Assembly (NCBI GenBank): GCA_038121585.1
Contig: JAYONY010000003.1
Span: forward strand, 25,866-89,865
Direction: 5' to 3'
From: an archaeon
GTDB taxonomy: Archaea > Nanobdellota > Nanobdellia > Pacearchaeales > GW2011-AR1
Length of the DNA stretch: 64,000 nt
Both the position numbers and the translations under genes were made by a program. The notes below the pieces were generated by a model. The model was not told the origin of the DNA, did not search any database, and saw only the letters and a list, made by a program, of their open reading frames with translations. Shown one piece after another: positions 32,049 through 39,938 of the stretch; the stretch's first letter is position 1; each line of letters starts with the position of its first letter.

Positions 32049-32813
32049 ATGGTAAAGGGTGTCTCAGCCAGGTTTGTAACGTACGAGGAAACAGTTCCTA
32101 AACTTCTCAAAATAATCAAATTCGATGATGAACTTAAGAAACACGAGAAAATCGTGTTTAAAGTTGATTTAAGCGAAGATCCGGTGGGTGGATCTCAAAA
32201 AGAGTTTGTTGAAGCGGTGATTAGATATGCCGTCATGCATAAAGCACCGGGTGCAGAAGTAGCTCTTGCTGAAGGGGCTGACGGGGAAGATACGATGGAA
32301 CTTTTTGAGCGACTTGGTTATTCAGAACTTGCCGAAAAGTACGGTATTGGCCTTATTGACCTAAACCAATCAGAAGTAGAAGAAGTTACGAGTCCCCGGT
32401 TTCTCCGATTTGACAGCATTAAGTTTCCAACTACACTCAAAGATTGTTTCCTCATTACACTCCCGCTTCTTCGACCAGATGATGAGTTGCAAATGACTGG
32501 TTCACTAGCCAGCATGCGCGCAGCATTTCCTGCAAGACATTACAAAGGATTCTTCACAAAGCGAAAAAGCAAGATTGCAAGCATACCTGCAAAGTATCAG
32601 ATTCATGATATCATCCAATGTCGCGCACCAGACTTTACCCTTACTGATGCCTCACAACACGGCTATATCCTCGCAGGCCATGCAATGCCGATGGATCAAC
32701 AATCCGCAAAACTCTTAGGTATGGACTGGCGCGATATCACCTACTTGCACCTTATGGATGACTCAGAGCACACGTCTGAACAAGAAAACGAAAACCCTAT
32801 TAATGAGAAATAA
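32049..32813 (+). CDS. DUF362 domain protein
   Basis: LAEG...GY.ELAEKYGIGLIDLN, D...AKLLG. Confidence 0.75.
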   Translation: MVKGVSARFVTYEETVPKLLKIIKFDDELKKHEKIVFKVDLSEDPVGGSQKEFVEAVIRYAVMHKAPGAEVALAEGADGEDTMELFERLGYSELAEKYGIGLIDLNQSEVEEVTSPRFLRFDSIKFPTTLKDCFLITLPLLRPDDELQMTGSLASMRAAFPARHYKGFFTKRKSKIASIPAKYQIHDIIQCRAPDFTLTDASQHGYILAGHAMPMDQQSAKLLGMDWRDITYLHLMDDSEHTSEQENENPINEK

Positions 32814-32857
32814 CTAGAAAGAGAATATGCTGAAATATCAGCAATGAGGAGTTCAAA

Positions 32858-33133
32858 GTGAAAAAATCAATACGACTAATTATTGCAGGTTCTGTCCAAC
32901 CCGTATTTTTTAATCAGTTCATCAAAGAACATGCTGACAAACTAGGCGTTAAGGGATTTATCAGGAGTAAAGATGCTGGCAATGTAGAGATTTTTATTGA
33001 AGGAACAATTGATGCAGTCAATCAAATGATTCCTATTTGCAAACGCGGACCGCAACACGCACAAATTCGGTCTGTTGAGGAACGCGCAGAACACTTCCAG
33101 GATTTTAAGGATTTTAAGGTTCTTGGTTTTTGA
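32858..33133 (+). CDS. Acylphosphatase-like protein (active site altered)
   Basis: G.VQ.VFF, LGVKGFIR, VEIFIEG, GP; GTG start with GAGG SD. Confidence 0.85.
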   Translation: MKKSIRLIIAGSVQPVFFNQFIKEHADKLGVKGFIRSKDAGNVEIFIEGTIDAVNQMIPICKRGPQHAQIRSVEERAEHFQDFKDFKVLGF

Positions 33134-33242
33134 AGCAACAACGTCTTTGAGGCCTCAAGATTTGAAGCAATCAAATCTTGACGTTTTAAGGTTCTTGGCA
33201 TCTAATAGAAATTATTAAATTCGGGTAACCACCTAGGATTTA

Positions 33243-33395
33243 ATGAAAAACGAAAAAACTAGCGTACTAGATAACCTCAATGGAATCTATACAGAAGAGC
33301 GAGCCCAAGAAATTGAACAAGAGATTAAAGAAACACGTAATAGGCACAAACTAATGCATTCAAATAGGAATGTAAAAACACTCCAAACATATTAG
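33243..33395 (+). CDS. Small ORF resembling the C-terminal half of a VapB-type antitoxin
   Basis: SVLDNLNGIYTEERAQEIEQEIKETR. Confidence 0.35.
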   Translation: MKNEKTSVLDNLNGIYTEERAQEIEQEIKETRNRHKLMHSNRNVKTLQTY

Positions 33396-33434
33396 AATTC
33401 TAAAAATTAAAAATTAAAATAAAAAATCGAGGAA

Positions 33435-33614
33435 TTAATTTTCTTCTTCCTCTTCTTCTGACTCTTCTTCGGAGTCATCATCCTCTGATTCTTCATCTTC
33501 TTCTGAATCGTCGGATGATTCTTCTTCAGAACCGTCATCACTGGATTCCTCTTCTTCGGATTCTTCTTCCTCAGAGGATTCAGTTTGCTCTTGATTTTCT
33601 TCTTCTTCTGGCAT
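33435..33614 (-). CDS. 59-aa hyper-acidic peptide
   Basis: MPEEEENQEQTESSEEEES...; GGGGT SD-like, TATA-like box near 33665, T-rich terminator. Confidence 0.65.
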   Translation of the reverse strand: MPEEEENQEQTESSEEEESEEEESSDDGSEEESSDDSEEDEESEDDDSEEESEEEEEEN

Positions 33615-33764
33615 TCTCTTTTTTGACCCCCTTGTACTTGTGAGGGAGTCAATATTCCACCCTATAAAAAGCCTGTCTATCATCGGCCCGTGACAACGAA
33701 ACGTATAATGGGCGTATACGGCTTCTAGCATAGGTTTTTAAAGGATTAGTCCCTCCGCCTTTGC

Positions 33765-35294
33765 ATGGGACGACAGGAGCAGATTGTTAATGAACGTCTG
33801 CGTAAGGTTTCTGAGTTGCGAGAGAAAGGAGTGAATCCATATCCACAACGCTATGATGTAACGCATCATGCGCAAGACTTACAGAAAAAACACGCAAAAC
33901 TCAAAGCAGGAACTGCTGCAAAACAAACTGTTTCTATCGCAGGACGAGTTATGACCTATCGTGATTTTGGTAAAATCGCATTTGGCGTACTACAAGATAG
34001 CTCAGGCACTATTCAAATCACGTTACAAAAAGGAAAAACATCTGAAGACCTGATGCAACTCTTCAAGAAATACGTTGACGCTGGTGACTTTGTAGGGGTA
34101 GCTGGAACGATTCATCGAACTGAACGTGGAGAATTAAGCGTTTTAGTTAAGAAAGCTGAAATTCTAACCAAGTCAATCTTACCATTACCAGAGAAATGGC
34201 ATGGGCTTCAAGAAAAAGAAGAGCGATACAGAAAAAGATATCTTGATTTAATTATGGACAGTGATGCACGGAAGCGATTTGCAACTCGAAGTACGATTAT
34301 CAGTTCACTACGAGCGCTCCTCATTGATGAAAACTTCTTAGAAGTAGAAACTCCAACACTCCAATCAGTGTACGGAGGAGCTTCAGCAACACCATTCACT
34401 ACTCATCTTAATGCTCTTGATATCGACTTATTCCTCTCAATCTCCCCAGAACTCTATTTGAAACGACTTATCGTTGGAGGATATGATCGAGTATTCACCA
34501 TCTGTAAAAACTTTAGAAATGAGGGAATTGATCGTGAGCACAATCCTGAATTTACCATGATGGAATATTATGCAGCATACAAAACGTACGAGTACCACAT
34601 GGAATTCACTGAAAAACTCTTTACTAAACTCAAGAAAGCACTCAAGACAGGCGAAACCATAGAATATTACGGTCAGAAGATCAGCCTCAAAACCCCTTTC
34701 AAACGAATCACCTTCCAAAAACTCATGCTCGAACAAACAGGGATTGATATCAACAAAGAATCGACATTCGATACACTCGCAAAAGCTATCAAAAGTAAAA
34801 AACTCAAAGGAGTAGATATTGCAGGATGCAAGCACTACGGAGCACTTCTTGACGAATTATACAAACGAATCGTACGACCAAACATTATCCAACCAACATT
34901 CCTCACGCACTATCCAGTAGAGATGATCGCACTCGCAAAACGAAATGAAGATGACAAATCAAAGATTAACAGTGTGCAACTCATCATTAACGGCGCAGAA
35001 ATAATGAAAGCCTACGATGAATTAAATGATCCAATCGACCAAGAAAACAGATTACGAGAACAACAAGAACACCTCGCAGCAGGTGATGATGAAGCAATGC
35101 CTATGGACGAAGACTTTATTACCGCGCTCAAACATGGGATGCCGCCAACAGCAGGGTACGGAATGGGTATTGATCGACTCACAATGCTCTTTACAGGACA
35201 AGACTCAATACGAGACGTTATCCTCTTTCCATTCATGCGTCCAGAAACACATTCGAAACATTCGAACAAAAAAGTAAAAGGAGGTACAAAATAA
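33765..35294 (+). CDS. lysS: Lysine--tRNA ligase, class II
   Basis: OB fold, YRKRYLDL, ISPELYLKRL, FRNEG, GMPPTAGYGMGIDRL. Confidence 0.97.
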   Translation: MGRQEQIVNERLRKVSELREKGVNPYPQRYDVTHHAQDLQKKHAKLKAGTAAKQTVSIAGRVMTYRDFGKIAFGVLQDSSGTIQITLQKGKTSEDLMQLFKKYVDAGDFVGVAGTIHRTERGELSVLVKKAEILTKSILPLPEKWHGLQEKEERYRKRYLDLIMDSDARKRFATRSTIISSLRALLIDENFLEVETPTLQSVYGGASATPFTTHLNALDIDLFLSISPELYLKRLIVGGYDRVFTICKNFRNEGIDREHNPEFTMMEYYAAYKTYEYHMEFTEKLFTKLKKALKTGETIEYYGQKISLKTPFKRITFQKLMLEQTGIDINKESTFDTLAKAIKSKKLKGVDIAGCKHYGALLDELYKRIVRPNIIQPTFLTHYPVEMIALAKRNEDDKSKINSVQLIINGAEIMKAYDELNDPIDQENRLREQQEHLAAGDDEAMPMDEDFITALKHGMPPTAGYGMGIDRLTMLFTGQDSIRDVILFPFMRPETHSKHSNKKVKGGTK

Positions 35295-35653
35295 TGGCAG
35301 AAGCAGAACTTATTGTTAAGAGTAAGGTAAAAGCATGTGTTAAGGACTGTAACGTATCAAGCGATGTTGCAGAGCGACTCAACGAGCTCGCAAATCAACT
35401 CGTTCACAGCGCAGCAGACCGAGCAGATGCTAACGGCCGAAAAACACTCCAAGGCAAAGATGCTTTCATTGGTAAAAAATCAGCTAAAGAAATGATCGTA
35501 GTTAAATCTAAGATTAGAGATGCAGCTGGAGAACACAATGTATCAGCAGACTTTGCAGAAGCACTCAACGAGATGCTTGTTTGGACAGTACAGCAAGGCG
35601 CAGAACGCGCTAAAGCAAACGGTCGACGAACACTACAAGCTCGTGATCTTTAA
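35294..35653 (+). CDS. Tandem (doublet) short histone-fold protein
   Basis: Two repeats IVKSK...NVS.D....LNE...RA.ANGR(K/R)TLQ.(K/R)D. Confidence 0.88.
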   Translation: MAEAELIVKSKVKACVKDCNVSSDVAERLNELANQLVHSAADRADANGRKTLQGKDAFIGKKSAKEMIVVKSKIRDAAGEHNVSADFAEALNEMLVWTVQQGAERAKANGRRTLQARDL

Positions 35654-35712
35654 ATCATAATACAGGAGTCCGGGAAGTAACGCTTATATAGTATTTTCAG
35701 ACTTATGAGTGT

Positions 35713-36480
35713 ATGGCCCGGCTCCGTCTTTTTTTTGCATTATCCCTTAGTCTTTTCTTTCTTATTCAAACCGTGAGTGCACTCTCAGTACTCAATATTT
35801 ATGTTGACAGTTCAGGAACAGCACTCATCCTAGGGGAAACAGACCTTTCAGAAGGACTCCCTACAAATATCCAGATAAGCGATATGGGAGAAGTAACTGG
35901 CAGCACTTCAGCACTCACTTCTAAAAATGGAGAAGTCTGGACATTCTCACTTGATTTGCCTGAGACTGACATGACCGTCTTTCTACCACCTACTGCTACC
36001 ATAACCTCAATTAGCGGAGGGGAAATCTCACTATCTGGAAGCCGAATAGCAGTGTACGCTTCAGACGCACTCCAAGTAACGTACGTACTTGGGAGTGGAG
36101 AACTAGCAGTAGAACCATTTCCCCTAGCACTCCTCGGGTGGATACTAGTCGGGGCAGTAGCACTCATCGCCCTAGTCTTTTTACTCAACTGGTTTAATAG
36201 AGAAAATAAAATCAGACTTCCAAAACTCAGACCACATCCAGTGCACCAGCATAAAGCAGCGCATGATAAAATCGAATCATTACGTGGAGTTCTTAATGAA
36301 CGAGAACAGCAAATCGTTGATGAACTTAAAAGCCTTGGTAAAGTTAAAAGTTCCTACTTACGTCGAACAGTCGATATACCAAAAGCATCATTCTCACGAC
36401 ACATCCAAGAACTAGAACGTAAAGGCATCATTAAGAGAACAGGCGAAGGCCGGAACAAGTTCGTGGAATTAATTAGATAA
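35713..36480 (+). CDS. Membrane-anchored winged-helix transcription regulator
   Basis: Signal peptide, extracellular beta domain, TM, LNERE...IPKASFSR..ELERKGII...GRNK. Confidence 0.85.
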   Translation: MARLRLFFALSLSLFFLIQTVSALSVLNIYVDSSGTALILGETDLSEGLPTNIQISDMGEVTGSTSALTSKNGEVWTFSLDLPETDMTVFLPPTATITSISGGEISLSGSRIAVYASDALQVTYVLGSGELAVEPFPLALLGWILVGAVALIALVFLLNWFNRENKIRLPKLRPHPVHQHKAAHDKIESLRGVLNEREQQIVDELKSLGKVKSSYLRRTVDIPKASFSRHIQELERKGIIKRTGEGRNKFVELIR

Positions 36481-36527
36481 GGTCCACCTACTCGTTCCAC
36501 TTACGTTCCAGATGACTTACATAAAGA
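36481..36527 (+). promoter_or_regulatory. Triple G(G/T)TCC box plus TATA-like box (copy 1)
   Basis: Boxes at 36481, 36494, 36505; ACGTTCCAGATGACTTACATAAAGA. Confidence 0.7.
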
Positions 36528-36573
36528 ATTAATTTCTTGATTTTGCATGACAGATGTAAGGGGGCAACCCACC

Positions 36574-37275
36574 ATGAAGAAGCAGATTTTAGTTGCATTA
36601 GGCGTAGTTGCATTACTCGCACTCATACTCGTGCCACTTGGCATTGCACAGTTTGGAAAAACTCCAAGCACGATTGCTACAACAACAGAAGATGCTGCAG
36701 TACAAACTACAGGAGGTAGTTCACAATCAGTATTTGATGACTCACGCAGCAATTCAGTACTTGAAAACGTACTTGATAGCACAACGAATGTAGATGCTGA
36801 TGAAGCAGATGCTATCGCACAAGCACTCTTCGAAGGAACAACAGATCGTATCGAACAAGCTATTGAAGATGGCGTTCTCGTCTGGAAGGTACGTATCACT
36901 GCTGATGGACAAGAAGCTAATGTACGCATTGATGCAGACACTGGCGAAATTGTACGATACCGTGTTGAAGATGCTATTGGTTCAGAATTTGAATTTCGAG
37001 ACGATTCATTCGATGATAGTTTTGATGACTCATTAGACGACAATAGCAACGATGGCGCCTTAGAGTCAGTTGTTGACAGTACAACACCTATCAGCTCTGA
37101 TGAAGCAATTAGTATTGCACTCGCAGAGTTTGAGGGGACAGTCGACCGAGTAGAGCAAGAGTTCGAAGACGGCATCCTTGTCTGGAATGTACGTATTGAC
37201 AGATCAGGAGACGTTGAAGCAGACATTCGTATTGACGCACAAACAGGCGACATTGTACGATTTCGAATCAAGTAA
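36574..37275 (+). CDS. Secreted protein with two PepSY domains
   Basis: Repeats S.DEAI.IA...EDG..VW.V.I...IDA.TG.IV. Confidence 0.9.
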   Translation: MKKQILVALGVVALLALILVPLGIAQFGKTPSTIATTTEDAAVQTTGGSSQSVFDDSRSNSVLENVLDSTTNVDADEADAIAQALFEGTTDRIEQAIEDGVLVWKVRITADGQEANVRIDADTGEIVRYRVEDAIGSEFEFRDDSFDDSFDDSLDDNSNDGALESVVDSTTPISSDEAISIALAEFEGTVDRVEQEFEDGILVWNVRIDRSGDVEADIRIDAQTGDIVRFRIK

Positions 37276-37316
37276 TCGCCACTTTTTATTTTATTTTATT
37301 TTTTAACCAACAATAG

Positions 37317-37363
37317 GTTCCGGAATTAGGTTCCGAAAACGTTCCAGAGGACTTACATAAAGA
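37317..37363 (+). promoter_or_regulatory. Triple GTTCC box plus TATA-like box (copy 2)
   Basis: Boxes at 37317, 37330, 37341; ACGTTCCAGAGGACTTACATAAAGA. Confidence 0.7.
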
Positions 37364-37452
37364 CATCTAATCATACTCAAGTAACCACCTCATGCTTACA
37401 AGAGCTCAGAAATGAGTACTTGAAACAAAGCTGAAAGGAGGACAGAAAACAC

Positions 37453-38673
37453 ATGACACAACGAAACAGAACACTCGGCGTGATTGCGATACTCGCACTC
37501 CTACTTGGAAGTGTATTTTCCGTAGGAATTGCTAGTGCCGCATCAGGTAAAGGCAAATTCGGTACTGACAATGATGACAATGACTTTGAAGAAGATGATT
37601 TTGAAACAAACAATTTCTTTTCAGCTCGCGAACCAATCCCAGTAACTGATTTTGATGATAAAGACGTGGAAAAAGGTGACGTGAATGAAGACGAATCAGT
37701 CGACATCTTAGACTTCACCATGCTCTCCCACTTCGTTACTGGTAGTCGTAACTCAATAAACAATGAAGTAGCAGCTGACTTTGACGATGATGGATTTATC
37801 ACTTGGTACGATGTTGTAAAACTCGGTAATTACTTGTTTATGAATAATGATGTAGTGCTCTTAGGAGATGCTAATGATGACGGCAACGTTGACATAGCAG
37901 ACATTGCAGTACTCGGACAGTATGTGAATAAACGCCATATAATGGTTGACTTAGAAAACGCTGACTATAACGAGGATGGTACCATAGACAATGCTGACCG
38001 AATCGCATTACAAGACTACTTATTTGGTGAAGACGGCCCTATCTCAAAACGATTTGAGGACAAAGCACGAGTACGAGTACAAGATGTTACGAAAGTTTTG
38101 AACAGCATCCGTGAACACGACAGTGAAGGATTTAGTTTCCCAGTCATCCAATATACTGGCTACAGTGATGACCATGACGGCATGAAGTTTGTACTTTTTG
38201 AAAAACGAAGTACGAGCGACCCAACCGCTGAAGATATTATTGTAACAGACCGTTACTTTTCAGGAACTATTGGTCTTGCTAACGGTGTACGCTATTCACT
38301 CGAAGGCGACGCACTAGATGCGCTAAACGTATTTGCACAAGACGATACAGCAAACGCTGCAGGAACAGTAGCTGTTGACTTCGAAGATGAAGTACTGAGC
38401 ATAATCATTGATAGTGAAGAAACACGGTACTCATTAGACGATGTTGATCGGAAAGCAATTAAAACACAAGGTATTGGAGCAGTTATTGCACCTATTGCTA
38501 AGAGCCAAAACTCAGGCAAAGGTAACAATGACCTCTCTGTCCGCATTCGCGAACGAGTAGATGATGACACTGGCGAAACACAGCTTGAAATTAAAGGCAA
38601 AGGACTTGACACTAGTCAAGGCCAAAGCTTTTGGAAGCGACTCGTATCGTGGTTTAGATTCCAACGAAACTAA
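37453..38673 (+). CDS. Secreted protein with two dockerin-like modules
   Basis: GDVNEDESVDILD / ADFDDDGFITWYD and GDANDDGNVDIAD / ADYNEDGTIDNAD; AGGAGG SD. Confidence 0.85.
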   Translation: MTQRNRTLGVIAILALLLGSVFSVGIASAASGKGKFGTDNDDNDFEEDDFETNNFFSAREPIPVTDFDDKDVEKGDVNEDESVDILDFTMLSHFVTGSRNSINNEVAADFDDDGFITWYDVVKLGNYLFMNNDVVLLGDANDDGNVDIADIAVLGQYVNKRHIMVDLENADYNEDGTIDNADRIALQDYLFGEDGPISKRFEDKARVRVQDVTKVLNSIREHDSEGFSFPVIQYTGYSDDHDGMKFVLFEKRSTSDPTAEDIIVTDRYFSGTIGLANGVRYSLEGDALDALNVFAQDDTANAAGTVAVDFEDEVLSIIIDSEETRYSLDDVDRKAIKTQGIGAVIAPIAKSQNSGKGNNDLSVRIRERVDDDTGETQLEIKGKGLDTSQGQSFWKRLVSWFRFQRN

Positions 38674-38808
38674 CTACAACTAGCTTTATTTTTTTATTTT
38701 TTTATGTGTCAAAAACCTTGCAATATAGGTTCTTGAGCACCAAGATTTGTTTTTTCCACAAATCTTTTGTTTCGTTTATTTTATATACACCCTCGCCTCA
38801 TTATCAAT

Positions 38809-39780
38809 ATGGGTAAAGCATTCATTCTTTTTACGTTAGCATTACTAGTTATTGTACCGCTTGCAGTCGCTAAATCGGCGTTTGAATATGAGTATCGTGT
38901 AAAAGATGATGGCGAAATTCGTGAGCGCATTTCACTCTCAGGTGATGAAGCAACTATTTTACCAGGAGTAAAACCACCGGTTGATGAAGAAACAATTATT
39001 CCAAGCATTACAGGACGTGTTGTTGATGAAGATTCCGACGTAATATGGAGAAAAGGAGCGCTTTCGCCTGAAATTGTAACAGGTGAAGGGACTACTATCA
39101 CGAAAGCAACACGTATCCCTGAAGCCAGTAGTATTTTAGACCCTAAAGATGCTGCCTTGCGCGTTCCTTTCAACTATGATGAATACACAGCACTTATTCC
39201 TTCTCAAAAAGAAGATGCACTGCACTTTCCAACCATTGCATACTACGGATACGGGGATGCTTTCAAATTTATCGTGTTTGAACAACGAAGCGTTGTTGAA
39301 GATGACACTACTGCAATTACTCGTTCTTTCTCTGGGCGACTAGTAATTACTGATTCGCAACTTCCTGAACAAGAATTTACGCTGGACGGTGAAGAACTAC
39401 GTTCCTTAGTATTATTTGTTACTGGAGAACAAGTTGGGACTGCATCCTTTGATTTTGAGAACAACAAACTCAGTATTACCGCATACAATCAAGAATTTTC
39501 ATTTACTATCTTTGAAGCTGCTCGCGCACCAGTTCGAGAACGAGAAGGGGTTGACCCAGAACTCGTGATTGAAAAAAGCGGAGATATTCCAACTGCGCAA
39601 GAACGTGAGCAGTTTGAAAAAACATTGCAGGACGCTGTTGCTGCAGTTGATGAAAAAACCGAACCAGCAGTTCGAAAAGCTGGAGAGAGTGCGAGCGAAA
39701 TAACTGACATTTCACAAACAGAAATTCAACCTGGATTCTTAAGTTGGATTCGAAGCAAACTTATTGGTTTTTGGGGCTAA
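38809..39780 (+). CDS. Secreted protein, partial paralog of 37453..38673
   Basis: Shared FP.I.Y.GY...KF..FE.RS...FSG...LxG..L...GT...DFE domain. Confidence 0.8.
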   Translation: MGKAFILFTLALLVIVPLAVAKSAFEYEYRVKDDGEIRERISLSGDEATILPGVKPPVDEETIIPSITGRVVDEDSDVIWRKGALSPEIVTGEGTTITKATRIPEASSILDPKDAALRVPFNYDEYTALIPSQKEDALHFPTIAYYGYGDAFKFIVFEQRSVVEDDTTAITRSFSGRLVITDSQLPEQEFTLDGEELRSLVLFVTGEQVGTASFDFENNKLSITAYNQEFSFTIFEAARAPVREREGVDPELVIEKSGDIPTAQEREQFEKTLQDAVAAVDEKTEPAVRKAGESASEITDISQTEIQPGFLSWIRSKLIGFWG

Positions 39781-39938
39781 AACCCACTTTTAAACATAGA
39801 TTTACCTTATAAAGTTCGGATTAAATAATCTTTGGAAGAAACTTTTAAATAATGAAAAGATTATTTCAAATCAAGAAAGTCTGGGGATAAGAGGTGATAT
39901 ACTGATTCTCAAAGACACTTTACTAGAGATAACTCAAT

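Noticed and set aside
33615..33731. N-terminal extension of the acidic ORF
   Set aside because: Spans the promoter-like region; ATG at 33614 has better signals
36501..37271. 256-aa antisense ORF, and similar ones at 5145, 49953 and 58139
   Set aside because: Shadow frames of well-supported genes on the opposite strand
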